Positions 39,772 to 50,170 of a DNA stretch of 64,000 bases are shown piece by piece; within the stretch, counting starts at the first letter, position 1; every line of letters begins with the position of its first letter. Source of the stretch: an uncultured bacterium (GTDB taxonomy: Bacteria; Desulfobacterota_D; UBA1144; Nemesobacterales; UBA2774); assembly GCA_963825135.1 (NCBI GenBank), contig CAWGRW010000009.1, forward strand, positions 544,001 to 608,000, in the 5' to 3' direction. Below the pieces are notes generated by a model. It was not told the DNA's origin. It saw only the letters and a list, made by a program, of their open reading frames with translations, and did no database searches. The translations under genes and the position numbers were made by a program.

Positions 39772-40884
39772 TTAAAAGGCATCCAGATAACGTTTAACCG
39801 ACTCGGCAATGATCCTGTACCCGTTGCCGTTCTCGTGCCCGCCGAAGTTGTTGGGGTATATCTGCTCCGCGCCCGCGCTCCGGCTGAGCGGGGCTAAAGC
39901 GTCGACATACCGGATATGGCGCTCGTCGAAATACTTTTTTACCTCTTTATCCACAGTCCTCTCGCTCCCGATGAGATAATCGATTTTATCGGAGGCAGGG
40001 AGGGTTTTGTTCCCCTCGATGTACCCGGCGAATACGCTCTCCTTGGTGGGTATGATGAGGACAATAAATTCGATATCGTTTTTTTGCGCGAGCTCATTCA
40101 TCCGGTCGAAGAATTCGAGGCTCAGCCGAAGCCCTTCTCTTATGTCGGCTCTACCGAGATCAAGCCCCCTGAGCCTGCGGTCAGGCGTAAACCCGGTGCT
40201 GACGCCGTTTTTTTCGTCCTCGAGCATGACTATCTGCTCGCCCCTCTTCATCCTCCTCGACTGCCTGAGGTTGTCTCCGATGAATGAAGAGCTCACGAGC
40301 CTGTAAAGAACGCTGTTCGCGGCGAGCCAGTCCCCTGCGCCGTATGAGAAACCGTCCTCGTCTTCCGGTTCCCCGGTCTCGGGTAAAGATTCATATTCCG
40401 GCTTCCTCAGACCGCTCCACCTGTCGACAGTATAGACGGCGGTGAAAGAGTCTTTGACGTCGTTACCGAGATAAAACCCCGCGATAATAATCTTCGGACG
40501 GAGCGCAAGAGCCTCCGTTTCCATGAGATAAAGATATTCCGCGGGGCCGTAGCCCCCTAGCGATATATTATATACCGTCTTACCCGTCATTCTTTCAAGC
40601 GCCCCGGGCCAGGATTCGCTCGCCCTGGCGCTGATTCCGTACGTGTGCGAATCGCCAATGGCTACGATTTCGGCAGTGTCGGGCACAGACTTGTTCCTGT
40701 ATCCGAGCCTGTCGTGCGCCCCTGTCCCGGGCTCGATCCTGTACCTGAGCACGTCGTCGGGCACTCTGCGGGGCCTGAGAAAATCAATCGGATCGAAAAC
40801 GATCCTGGAAATACCCTCGGCCGCGAGGATCGATACGAGCAATGATATAAGGATGAGAGCGAAAACCTTGAGATGTCTGTCCAA
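39772..40884 (-). CDS. Membrane-anchored SGNH/GDSL-family protein
   Basis: N-terminal TM helix, GDSHTYG, GGYGP, GND, GHEN. Confidence 0.82.
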   Translation of the reverse strand: MDRHLKVFALILISLLVSILAAEGISRIVFDPIDFLRPRRVPDDVLRYRIEPGTGAHDRLGYRNKSVPDTAEIVAIGDSHTYGISARASESWPGALERMTGKTVYNISLGGYGPAEYLYLMETEALALRPKIIIAGFYLGNDVKDSFTAVYTVDRWSGLRKPEYESLPETGEPEDEDGFSYGAGDWLAANSVLYRLVSSSFIGDNLRQSRRMKRGEQIVMLEDEKNGVSTGFTPDRRLRGLDLGRADIREGLRLSLEFFDRMNELAQKNDIEFIVLIIPTKESVFAGYIEGNKTLPASDKIDYLIGSERTVDKEVKKYFDERHIRYVDALAPLSRSAGAEQIYPNNFGGHENGNGYRIIAESVKRYLDAF

Positions 40885-41144
40885 TATAAGCGAAACCTCG
40901 CTGCCGAAACGGCTTCCCCCGGAAAAATGAGAGCAATCAGTGGGGACGCATATTACCGGAACCGGCCATCAGCATTTAAATATTCCGGATTTCCAGTAAT
41001 ATAATCCAGGAAAAAGCCCGACACAATCAGCGGACGGACGCGAATCACCGATTAAAGTTATGCTATCATATTCAGCCGTGCCGCTCTCAGAAATCCGGGA
41101 AACTTGAGAAACCGCGCATATCAATTTCAAGCCGGGAGCAAAGT

Positions 41145-42257
41145 ATGAACAAAACCGAGAACACGCGGTCCGTCAAGCAAAAGCTGTATCTTGTACTGAT
41201 CAGCGTAATATTCACCCTCATCGTTCTCGAAATCGCCACCCGTGTCTGGCTCGGGTTCATCGCCCCCGAGGACGTGGGACTCGAGTATTCGCTCTACTCA
41301 TACCTTAGCCCCGACAACCAGAGATACTCACGCCACCAATATCTGAACTATTACCCGAACCCGGAATACCGCAGGGGGAAGACCTCACATAACTCCCTCG
41401 GCTATAGAAACGACGAGTTCCCTGTGAAGAAGCCGGAAGGGGCTTTCAGGATTGTGCTGTTAGGCGGGTCCACGACGTACAACATCGGAATAGACGATAA
41501 TAAAAAGACCTGGGCCGCGCAGCTGGAGAGGATACTGAGAGATAAATACGGGTATAAAAACGTTGAGGTGATAAACGCGGGAGTTGGCGGATATAATTCC
41601 TGGGAAACCCTTATCAACCTCGAGTTCAGGGTGCTCGACCTGGATCCCGATCTGATAATAGAGTACGAGGGGACGAACGACGTGCACGCGAGATTCGTGG
41701 ACCCCGCTTCATACAGAGGGGACGATTCCGGACGGAGAAAGCAGTGGGACCCGCCGTCGATTTTCTTCCTCGAGCACAGCGCTCTATTCAGGGTGATACT
41801 GAGGAAGCTGGGCGTAACGCACCAGGTCGGAATAGGGAACTTCGTAACCCCAAAAACCGCCTACGGACCCAATTCCGTGAAGAAACACAATCCGATGGAG
41901 CTCCTGGAAAAGAACCCGCCTATTTATTTCAGACGCAATCTGAACAACATGGTCGCCATAGCGAAGGCGAACGGGGCCGATATTATGTTCTCGACATGGG
42001 CGTACTCCCCTTATCTCGACGACTACGCGTCGAAACCTTATTATCAGAAAGGGTTTGAAGAGAACAACGAGGTCGTCAGGGAGGTCGCTCTCAGCGACGG
42101 CATCCCGCTCTTCGATTTCGCGTCGGTAATGCCCAAAGACGAGAAATACTGGCACGACGGCCGGCATGTCAATGCCCTGGGTGCGGAAAAAATGGCCGGG
42201 CTATTCGCGGAATACCTCAATGGCAACGGTCTTATAAAACGGCAGAGCCGTAAATAA
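41145..42257 (+). CDS. Membrane-anchored SGNH/GDSL-family protein
   Basis: N-terminal TM helix, NSLGYR, GGSTTY, NAGVGGY, GTND, DGRH. Confidence 0.85.
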   Translation: MNKTENTRSVKQKLYLVLISVIFTLIVLEIATRVWLGFIAPEDVGLEYSLYSYLSPDNQRYSRHQYLNYYPNPEYRRGKTSHNSLGYRNDEFPVKKPEGAFRIVLLGGSTTYNIGIDDNKKTWAAQLERILRDKYGYKNVEVINAGVGGYNSWETLINLEFRVLDLDPDLIIEYEGTNDVHARFVDPASYRGDDSGRRKQWDPPSIFFLEHSALFRVILRKLGVTHQVGIGNFVTPKTAYGPNSVKKHNPMELLEKNPPIYFRRNLNNMVAIAKANGADIMFSTWAYSPYLDDYASKPYYQKGFEENNEVVREVALSDGIPLFDFASVMPKDEKYWHDGRHVNALGAEKMAGLFAEYLNGNGLIKRQSRK

Positions 42258-42266
42258 AAGACCGCC

Positions 42267-43589
42267 TCATGAGAGGCTCTCGCCCCCGTCCCGTCTCATG
42301 TAATATCCGAATACAAAGAAGGAAAGCGCCGATTTTATCACCGCAAACCCCAGAAACGCCAGCGCCGCGCCGACATAGGAATATGGAGGAACGAGGACAA
42401 ACATCAGGACCAGATAGACCACGGTGGTAACGACGTAAAACGCGGTCCTTATGCCGGGTTTCCCCATGGCGAGGAGCGCCGGGTTAATCCAGTAAGTGTA
42501 TCTCGCTATCAGCACACCGAGGGCGAGTATCCGGAGCGCGTTCGTCGCGGGAGCGTACTCCTCGCCGAAGACTATTCTCACTATCGGCCCCGCGAATACT
42601 ATAATCAAAACCGTCACCGGCACGATGAGCTTCATCAGATTCTTTGTCGATTCTTTTATGTAATTCTTGAACTCGTCCATAGCGTTAACGGTCGTGAATT
42701 TGATGAGCTCGGGGAAAATCGCCTCGTAGAGAGTATCCACTATACGGTTTAAAATACCGGCCACCGAATTCGCTATCCTGTAAAAGGCTACCGCGTCCTT
42801 GCCGGCAAAAAACCCGAGTATCATCACGCCCAGGTACTTGTCGCTCCCCGTCTTCAGCGTCGCCATGAAGCTGGTATTTCCCAAAAACCACGCGATCTCC
42901 TTCCACTGATTCCTTATCAAAAAAATATCGGCGGTAATCCAGCTGCCCAGACGCTTTTCATTGAGCGCCCTCGCCACGACCCACACCCTCACTGCGGCGG
43001 CGATGAAGTTCGATATTATGAGACCGTAGAGCGCCCCCTTTATTCCCAGTCCGGCCAAAAGGAGCGCCGCCACCAGCGCCAGCTGTGTCAGGTTCTCAAG
43101 AGAGTTTATTACGGCGATATTTTTATACTTTTCAAACACCCTCAGTATGGCGTCCGAAGTAAGCTTGGCGGTCTCGACGAAAAGTCCGAAGGCATAGATC
43201 CAGATGTAGATATAGGCCTCGGGGGAATGGATCACGTACGTGCTGATCAGCTTCGCCGTCACGATCGCAATTATGAAAGAGACCGCTCCGCTCCCCACGT
43301 CCAGGAAGTAGGAAAGTTTGATCATAGCGAGGGTTTTATCGGTCTCTCCCTGCTCCCAGTACGATCCGATATACTTGACGGTAGTTTCCCATACCCTCAC
43401 GTCGAAGAATTGGTTCATCATGGCGATGTAGGCGATAACGAGCTGAAGAAGCCCGTAGTCTGTCACCCCCAGCATCCTCGCAAGTATGACCGTCTGGATA
43501 GCCGCAAACCCCCCGGCCGCGGCTTTGCCGCTGAAGAGGAGTGATGCGTTTATAAACAGTTTTTTCTGGAGGCTCCGAGGTTCACTCAT
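42267..43589 (-). CDS. Oligosaccharide flippase (Wzx-like, MOP superfamily)
   Basis: Many TM segments; LARMLG..DYG, VAFYRIA, IVFGEEY, GAALA. Confidence 0.85.
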   Translation of the reverse strand: MSEPRSLQKKLFINASLLFSGKAAAGGFAAIQTVILARMLGVTDYGLLQLVIAYIAMMNQFFDVRVWETTVKYIGSYWEQGETDKTLAMIKLSYFLDVGSGAVSFIIAIVTAKLISTYVIHSPEAYIYIWIYAFGLFVETAKLTSDAILRVFEKYKNIAVINSLENLTQLALVAALLLAGLGIKGALYGLIISNFIAAAVRVWVVARALNEKRLGSWITADIFLIRNQWKEIAWFLGNTSFMATLKTGSDKYLGVMILGFFAGKDAVAFYRIANSVAGILNRIVDTLYEAIFPELIKFTTVNAMDEFKNYIKESTKNLMKLIVPVTVLIIVFAGPIVRIVFGEEYAPATNALRILALGVLIARYTYWINPALLAMGKPGIRTAFYVVTTVVYLVLMFVLVPPYSYVGAALAFLGFAVIKSALSFFVFGYYMRRDGGESLS

Positions 43590-43613
43590 TCGACATCGTC
43601 TAAATAGAGACTT

Positions 43614-44801
43614 TCATGATTTTCCGTCAAGCGCCGTTTTCAATACATCGATATAATTTTTTATCATTCCGGTTTCCGTATGGAATTCCTTCACAACCCC
43701 CCTGCCGCTTTCACCCATGAGGCGGGCCCTGTCCGGGTCCCTCAGGAGAGACTTTACAGCGTCCGCGATGTCCGTGACGCTTTCAGGGTCGACGAGGATT
43801 CCGGTAACACCGTCCCTCACGGCCTCGACGGACCCGCCTTGCTTCGACGCGACGACCGGCTTCGCCCTTGCGCTCGCCTCGATCAACGCGTTGGGCAGAC
43901 CCTCGATCTTGTTGCCCCACTCCCTGCTCGGCATCACGAACGCGTCCGCAAGGTCGAGATAATCAATTATTTCCTCGTGACCGACCCCCCCCGTGAAAAT
44001 TACGGAACCGCTCACGCCCGCCTCCTCCGCCAGATCCCTGAACTTGTTTTTGAACCGACCCTCGCCGACGACGAGATATATGACCCCGGGGAATTCCTTT
44101 TTCACGAGCGGGAGAGCCCTTATTACCATATCCTGGCCTTTCCTCGGGAGCACCCTCGCAATGGTGACGATGATCGGGGCATTCCCGCCGATCCCGTGTT
44201 TAGCCCTGAGTGCGCTCATCTTTTCCGCATCGGGCTTCTTCGACAGCATCTCCCCGCCCACCCCGTTATATATGACCGTGATTTTATCTTCGGGAACGCC
44301 TATACCCTCCAGAAGCCCTTTGGTGTTCCTGCTGACGGCAATTATTCGCCCGGCATTTTTGTAGAGCCTCCTCATTGGATACTTCATCAGCCTTTTGATA
44401 ATCCTGTTTCCGTAGAAACAAGTGGTAATACCGGAGCCCGCCACCCGAACCACGGGCACGAACGAGAAGTCCGGCAAGAGACCGCCTGAGGCTTCGGCCT
44501 CTTCCGTTATAAAGAGCACCACGTCCGGTTTGCTGTTTCGGAGCTCGGCCATGAGAAAAAACCAGCCGAGCAATATGTCCGCGTAAGGCAGGGCCTTTAT
44601 CCATTTGCCGCCGAGACCGGGAATCCTTCTTACCCGGCACCCGAGACGCCGGTCTATATCGCGTTCGCCGCGGCCGTAGCCGGGCGCGAGCACGACCGTC
44701 TCGATTCCCGCGCCCGAGATGCCCCGGGCCAGCCTCATGCCGGTCGTCGCAAGCCCCCCGAGAAAGGGGGGGAATTCATGGGTATAAATTAGGACCTTCA
44801 T
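43614..44801 (-). CDS. Glycosyltransferase family 4
   Basis: EFPPFLGG, IAVS, IYNGV, RKGQD, EGLPNALIEA, TGILVDP. Confidence 0.92.
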   Translation of the reverse strand: MKVLIYTHEFPPFLGGLATTGMRLARGISGAGIETVVLAPGYGRGERDIDRRLGCRVRRIPGLGGKWIKALPYADILLGWFFLMAELRNSKPDVVLFITEEAEASGGLLPDFSFVPVVRVAGSGITTCFYGNRIIKRLMKYPMRRLYKNAGRIIAVSRNTKGLLEGIGVPEDKITVIYNGVGGEMLSKKPDAEKMSALRAKHGIGGNAPIIVTIARVLPRKGQDMVIRALPLVKKEFPGVIYLVVGEGRFKNKFRDLAEEAGVSGSVIFTGGVGHEEIIDYLDLADAFVMPSREWGNKIEGLPNALIEASARAKPVVASKQGGSVEAVRDGVTGILVDPESVTDIADAVKSLLRDPDRARLMGESGRGVVKEFHTETGMIKNYIDVLKTALDGKS

Positions 44802-44982
44802 CGTGCGCCGTCATCAACAATCCAGTACGAAGTTTGACTATTACGAGCAAGCATTATTGCACTTTATTTTATAATACACTATATTTCGTTTTGGATTCCG
44901 CCTAAGGGACATTAATCAAAGCGCGGCTATTTTTTAAGGTAAAAAATAAAGCGGTCCCTGAATCAAAACCCGGGAGGGTGCT

Positions 44983-45228
44983 ATGAACGAAATTGAGAAT
45001 CAGCTACTGAACATTCTGTGCAGGGGGGCGGGCCAGGGGAATTCCAATACGGACAAGATCACGCAGGCGATCGTGGACGAGAACCCGGGACTCGATTATA
45101 ATCAGACGAAAATAAAGGTCGTCGAGTCTCTAAACGACCTAAAGGACAAAGGCCAGATTCAGATAATGACCATCAACTGGGAGCTCGGGGATGAATTCCT
45201 TTACATATGCACTAACATCGTCGAGTAA
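44983..45228 (+). CDS. Hypothetical protein (81 aa, possibly winged-helix-like)
   Basis: GGGAGG SD; helical segments followed by LKDKGQI and a beta-rich tail. Confidence 0.6.
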   Translation: MNEIENQLLNILCRGAGQGNSNTDKITQAIVDENPGLDYNQTKIKVVESLNDLKDKGQIQIMTINWELGDEFLYICTNIVE

Positions 45229-45306
45229 TACCCGTTTTCTCGATTCTATATACGGGACGCCGTCCTGTTAACCGGAGTAATTTTCTAAGTACGAACGGAG
45301 CGATTC

Positions 45307-45633
45307 GTGCCGACACTCGACTATATACGCATCGTGGGCATCCTGGATATCCATTCGGACAGCCCGGGGCCTTCGGACATAACCTTCAATATAGAGTATT
45401 CGGGCGATTCCGATTTCAGCTCCCCTATGATGGGAGTCATCACTCTGCGTATGAACGAGCTACTCGACACATCGGGACTCGGAACGGAGGATATGGAGAA
45501 AATTGCCTCCAGGCTCGTACGGCAGGTGCTCATCAGGGAAAGGAATAAGGACGGAACGATAACGATTCTTCACGTCCTCGGGCTTCCCCTGGATGAATGG
45601 CTCAGGAAGAACATACCGTTCCCGAGACACTGA
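45307..45633 (+). CDS. Hypothetical protein (108 aa)
   Basis: GGAG SD with GTG start; fills the gap. Confidence 0.55.
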   Translation: MPTLDYIRIVGILDIHSDSPGPSDITFNIEYSGDSDFSSPMMGVITLRMNELLDTSGLGTEDMEKIASRLVRQVLIRERNKDGTITILHVLGLPLDEWLRKNIPFPRH

Positions 45634-45709
45634 CGCTTCACGAAATTATTAAACTAAGCTGGCCTCTTAACCCGAAAAATCAGAAAAATTCATAACTATA
45701 TAAATCCTC

Positions 45710-45738
45710 TTACAAATCTTATTTTTTTCATGTATAAT
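45710..45738 (+). promoter_or_regulatory. Putative sigma70 promoter of the LysM/NlpC gene (5' UTR of about 120 nt)
   Basis: TTACAA, 17 nt, TATAAT; AGGAGG SD before ATG 45868. Confidence 0.55.
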
Positions 45739-45867
45739 CAGTCCCAGTTGTTTTTAAGTAGCTTACTTAGTTCTTTGAAAACCTAGACCACAAGCATGAC
45801 CGGATCTCGGTAATTTATTCCGGGGTTGGATTTCTTTTAAGATTTTGTCTCTGCAGGAGGTATAGGT

Positions 45868-48576
45868 ATGGTACTCAGGCGTTCCCTAATTATCCTTTTC
45901 GTAATTCTCCTTCCGGTAACTGCTTTCGCGGCCCAGAAATACATAGTCAGGAAAGGAGATAACCTTTATGATTTATCCAGGAAGTTCGGTATTACCGTCG
46001 ATCAACTAAAGTCGATAAACAATTTAAAAGACGACAAGCTGAACATCGGCGACGTTTTAACCCTCGAAGTCCCCGTCAAAGACGATGACGCAACAGTAGT
46101 GAACACAGCGCGCAGCAATAATAACGAATACATTGTAAAGAACGGCGATACATTAGGTGAGATAGCGGAAATATACGGTCTATCCTCGGAAGACCTGAAG
46201 AAAGCAAACGGTTTACAGAATACAAAACTACAAATAGGGCAAAAACTTTTAATCCCCCCGTCAAATTCCGAACCGGTCGAAGTCGCTCAGTCCCGGGAAC
46301 CGGCAAAAGAAGATTCAGGCAGTAAAGAAGCGAGCAACGGACAGGAATCTCCGAAAAGCGCTCCCGCGGTGCCGGCCGAGTACGCCGTCCTAAAGGGCGA
46401 CACTCTGGGACACATCGCGCTTAGGTTTAACGTATCGAGCGGCGACATTAAGAAGGCGAACGGACTCGATAACGACAGGCTACGGATAGGGCAAGTCCTC
46501 AGGATCCCCGGAAAAGGAACGGCGGAAGTGAACACCGTCCCCGCAGCGGCGGCTAAAACCCCCGACAGCCCCGCTCCGGTGAAAACGGGCGTTTATACCG
46601 TAGTTAAAGGGGATACCCCCGGCGCAATCGCCCAAAGACTGGGCGTGAGCACCGATCAACTTATTAAGCTCAACAACCTAGACAGCAAAAGACTTCAGAT
46701 CGGCCAGAGACTAGCGGTACCGGGGTACGATCAGCCGCAGTCCCCCGCCGGAGAAAAGGTCATTACCGCCGGTCAGGAAAGCACGGAACCCGACAAGGCC
46801 GCTAAGGCCGGCACACGCGTTTCTTCTGAGACACACTCCTCTTCCGAGACACACTCCGCAAAATACGTTATCAGAAAAGGCGACACGCCGGGCGCAATCG
46901 CCAAGAGATTGGGCGTTAGCACCGATGAACTTATAACGCTCAACAACCTCGACAGCGGGAAGCTGCGGATCGGGCAGGTACTCGTTCTACCGGGAATGCA
47001 GGCGGATAACGGTAAAGCCGGGCTCTCTCCCAGCGACGAGAAGGAAGACGCGGCCCCGGGTGAAGCCGCCGATAAAGAGGCTGCTCAAAGTAATGCGCCG
47101 TCTGAATACACCGTCAAAAAAGGCGACACCCTGTACGTGCTCGCTAAAACTTTCGGCGTTTCGGTAGACCGCATTAAAAAGTACAACAACCTTAAAAACA
47201 ACAATCTGAGGGTAGGGCAAAGACTCGTGCTTAACTCGTCCGGCGCTTCGGCCGCCTCAAGTGATACCGTAGAGAAAGAGACCGTACAGGCGACTGAGAC
47301 CGAAATCGCGGAATCGACGAAATACGCTACCAGATACACGGTGAGAAAAGGGGACACTTTAGGATACCTCGCCATCAAATACGGTGTTTCGCAAAATGAC
47401 CTTAAAAGAGCCAACGGTCTTAAAGGCAGCGGCTTAAGGGCGGGGCAGGTCTTGATGGTGCCCGGAACGGAGGTCGCGGCGGAGACGCAGGAAACGGCGA
47501 TAACGGAAACCGCGCCCGAGACCCTTAGCGACGTCTATATCAAGAAGAGGTACGTCGTTAAGCCGGGCGACTCTCTCGGCAGCATAGCGGAAGGTTTTAA
47601 TGTCTCCGTAGAGGAAATAAAAAAGGCGAGCGCGCTTAAAAGCGACACGATAAACAACGGCGATATACTCCTCATACCCGTTCCTCAGGAAAAAGTTACT
47701 CATGCGAAATACACAGTGGCAAAGGGCGACACGCTCGGCAGAATCAGCAGGAAGTTCGGCGTTTCCGTGAGGGAGCTCAAGAGGGCCAACGGACTTTCGA
47801 GCGACAGGCTCCGGTCGGGAATGAAGCTCAGCATACCGGGGCTGTCTTCCGCTGTATCCGGTGAGAGCGAGGCTGAGAATGTGGCGGCGGCCTCTCTGCC
47901 GCGGGGTGAATACGTTGTTAAAAAGGGCGACACGCTCGCCCGTATAGCCAGGCGCTACGACGTTACGATAAAAGAGATCAAGAGAGAGAACAATATTAAG
48001 GGCAATTCGGTAAACGCGGGGCAGGTTTTATATATCCCGGGCTACGGAAAACAGGAAACAGAATATAGGGTTGTAACGGAGAAAAAGGCGCCCCAGGAAT
48101 CAAACGGTCAATATAAGGTCGCGGAGCCCGCTGCCGAGAACGGCAGGTTCTCAAAGGAGAGCATCATAGAGGTCGCGAAGAAGTACCTTGGAGCCCCCTA
48201 TAAATTCGGAGGCAACGACCTCGCGACCGGGATCGACTGTTCCGGTTATGTGAAGAAAATTTTCAGCAGGTTCAACGTATACCTGCCCAGGACAGCCAGG
48301 GACATTTACTACAGCTCCGGGTATAGCGTCCCCAAAAAGAATCTGGATACCGGGGACCTCGTATTTTTCACCACGTATGCGAAATACCCTTCGCATGTGG
48401 GTATCTACATCGGGAACGACGAATTCATACACGCCTCCTCGGCGTCCCGAATGGTAACCATCGACAGCATCAACAAACAGTATTACAAGAAGCGCTACAT
48501 CGGCGCGAAAAGGGTAGAGCTTTCGGGGTTATTTTATGATGAGTTATCGAAAGACTACGCGGGGTTCAGTAATTAG
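45868..48576 (+). CDS. Secreted peptidoglycan endopeptidase with 10 LysM domains and a C-terminal NlpC/P60 domain
   Basis: Signal peptide ending AFA; ten Y-x-V-x-x-GD repeats; GIDCSGY, HVGIY, IHAS. Confidence 0.93.
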   Translation: MVLRRSLIILFVILLPVTAFAAQKYIVRKGDNLYDLSRKFGITVDQLKSINNLKDDKLNIGDVLTLEVPVKDDDATVVNTARSNNNEYIVKNGDTLGEIAEIYGLSSEDLKKANGLQNTKLQIGQKLLIPPSNSEPVEVAQSREPAKEDSGSKEASNGQESPKSAPAVPAEYAVLKGDTLGHIALRFNVSSGDIKKANGLDNDRLRIGQVLRIPGKGTAEVNTVPAAAAKTPDSPAPVKTGVYTVVKGDTPGAIAQRLGVSTDQLIKLNNLDSKRLQIGQRLAVPGYDQPQSPAGEKVITAGQESTEPDKAAKAGTRVSSETHSSSETHSAKYVIRKGDTPGAIAKRLGVSTDELITLNNLDSGKLRIGQVLVLPGMQADNGKAGLSPSDEKEDAAPGEAADKEAAQSNAPSEYTVKKGDTLYVLAKTFGVSVDRIKKYNNLKNNNLRVGQRLVLNSSGASAASSDTVEKETVQATETEIAESTKYATRYTVRKGDTLGYLAIKYGVSQNDLKRANGLKGSGLRAGQVLMVPGTEVAAETQETAITETAPETLSDVYIKKRYVVKPGDSLGSIAEGFNVSVEEIKKASALKSDTINNGDILLIPVPQEKVTHAKYTVAKGDTLGRISRKFGVSVRELKRANGLSSDRLRSGMKLSIPGLSSAVSGESEAENVAAASLPRGEYVVKKGDTLARIARRYDVTIKEIKRENNIKGNSVNAGQVLYIPGYGKQETEYRVVTEKKAPQESNGQYKVAEPAAENGRFSKESIIEVAKKYLGAPYKFGGNDLATGIDCSGYVKKIFSRFNVYLPRTARDIYYSSGYSVPKKNLDTGDLVFFTTYAKYPSHVGIYIGNDEFIHASSASRMVTIDSINKQYYKKRYIGAKRVELSGLFYDELSKDYAGFSN
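46822..46857 (+). repeat. 18-bp tandem duplication encoding SSETHS twice in a LysM linker
   Basis: TCTTCTGAGACACACTCC followed by TCTTCCGAGACACACTCC (1 mismatch). Confidence 0.85.
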
Positions 48577-48629
48577 AAGACAAAATTTACGGCAATCCGC
48601 GGGTCGGATAATAATTAGTTCAGCATACA

Positions 48630-48659
48630 GCCCCGGTCCTTACACCGGGGCGTCCTTTC
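48630..48659 (+). terminator. Possible intrinsic terminator after the LysM gene
   Basis: GCCCCGGT-ccttac-ACCGGGGC hairpin; the U-tract is weak. Confidence 0.4.
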
Positions 48660-48733
48660 AGTCCCCCCTATCCCTAATAAATCCGCTCCATTGAAAGATA
48701 GGGATCGGTGTTTATATTATAACGATTGATATT

Positions 48734-49630
48734 ATGGAACAGGTTATTCAACATTTCAGGGACTATCTCGGGTCCGAAAGGAATTACTCAAAACACACTG
48801 TCAAGGCTTACATAACGGACATAAGCGAGTTCTGCCGTGTGATAAAAGAAAAAAAGCTCGTTCGGGAAAAAGACGGCGGGATAGATTTCGGGAGCATCGA
48901 CGAAGCGCCCGTCAGGGCCTACATTAGCTGGCTCTATACGAGAAACTCCAGGACATCGATATCGAGGAAGCTCGCATCGGTCAGGACTTTCTTCGAATTC
49001 CTGATAAGGAACGGATCCGTTAAGAACAACCTCGCAAAGCTCGTGCCGACGCCCCGCGGAGAAAAGAGACTCCCGACATTCCTTACCGTCGACGAGGTCG
49101 TCAAACTCCTGGATATCGAAGGCTCGGGCGAGACGACTCAATCCCGGGACATCGCGATAATCGAGCTCCTCTACTCGAGCGGGCTCAGGGTGAGCGAGCT
49201 TGTCGGCGTCAATCTGAACGACATCGATCTGAATAACCTTACGGTGAAGGTCCTGGGAAAGGGCAATAAGGAAAGGATCGTGCCCGTGGGCTCAAAGGCC
49301 GCACAGGCGCTTGGGGAATACCTGCGCGCAAGGACCGGCATGAACCCCAGGGGGGACTTTCTGTTCGTCAATTCCAGGGGCGACAGGCTCAACGTAAGGA
49401 GCGTGGACAGGATTATCAAAAAATACGCCGTGCTCGCTGGAATACCCAAAAACGTGAGCCCGCACGTGCTCAGGCATACTTTCGCCACACACCTACTTGG
49501 AGGGGGCGCGGACCTGCGGGCCATACAGGAGATGCTCGGCCATAAGAGTCTTTCCACAACGCAGAGATATACTCACACGTCGATTGAAAAATTAATGGAA
49601 ATTTACGATAAAACACACCCGAGAGCGTAA
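48734..49630 (+). CDS. xerC: Tyrosine recombinase XerC
   Basis: [34 protein letters not shown]; xerC-hslVU synteny. Confidence 0.92.
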   Translation: MEQVIQHFRDYLGSERNYSKHTVKAYITDISEFCRVIKEKKLVREKDGGIDFGSIDEAPVRAYISWLYTRNSRTSISRKLASVRTFFEFLIRNGSVKNNLAKLVPTPRGEKRLPTFLTVDEVVKLLDIEGSGETTQSRDIAIIELLYSSGLRVSELVGVNLNDIDLNNLTVKVLGKGNKERIVPVGSKAAQALGEYLRARTGMNPRGDFLFVNSRGDRLNVRSVDRIIKKYAVLAGIPKNVSPHVLRHTFATHLLGGGADLRAIQEMLGHKSLSTTQRYTHTSIEKLMEIYDKTHPRA

Positions 49631-49632
49631 AC

Positions 49633-50169
49633 ATGGAAAACTTCCACGGAACAACGATAGTATGCGTAAAGGTCGGAGATAAGGTCGCAATGGCGGGAGA
49701 CGGGCAGGTCACCCTGGGCCACGCCGCGGTAAAACACTCCGCAAAAAAAGTCAGGAGAATTTTCGAGGGGAAGGTGCTTGTGGGGTTCTCCGGGGCTACG
49801 GCGGACGCCATGACACTCTTTGACAAGTTCGAGGCCAAGCTTGAGGAATTCAGGGGGAACCTCAGGAGAGCGGCCGTCGAGCTCGCGAGGGACTGGAGGA
49901 CCGACCGGATTTTAAGGAGGCTCGAAGCGCTCCTTGCGGTCGCCGATAAAGACAGCATGTTCCTTATATCCGGGAGCGGAGACGTGCTCGAGCCGGACGA
50001 CAACGTCGTGGCCGTAGGCTCCGGAGGCTCGTACGCCCAGGCGGCGGCGAAGGCCCTCTCCAGGCACTCGACGCTGAGCGCAAAAGAGATCGCGGAAGAG
50101 TCGCTCAAGATCGCTTCCGAAATATGCATTTATACCAACGACAAAATCACCGTAGAGGAACTCGCATAA
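49633..50169 (+). CDS. hslV: ATP-dependent protease peptidase subunit HslV
   Basis: TTIV, AGDGQVT, KVRR, WRTD, GSGG, ICIYTN. Confidence 0.97.
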   Translation: MENFHGTTIVCVKVGDKVAMAGDGQVTLGHAAVKHSAKKVRRIFEGKVLVGFSGATADAMTLFDKFEAKLEEFRGNLRRAAVELARDWRTDRILRRLEALLAVADKDSMFLISGSGDVLEPDDNVVAVGSGGSYAQAAAKALSRHSTLSAKEIAEESLKIASEICIYTNDKITVEELA

Positions 50170-50170
50170 A

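Noticed and set aside
45740..45867. c-di-AMP (ydaO) riboswitch upstream of the LysM/NlpC gene
   Set aside because: The UTR is long but lacks the GCUGAAUCC, GGGGAAC and UCAGCUAAC hallmarks.
48734..49630. Phage or ICE integrase marking a mobile element
   Set aside because: Housekeeping xerC-hslV-hslU context; no att repeats or cargo genes seen.
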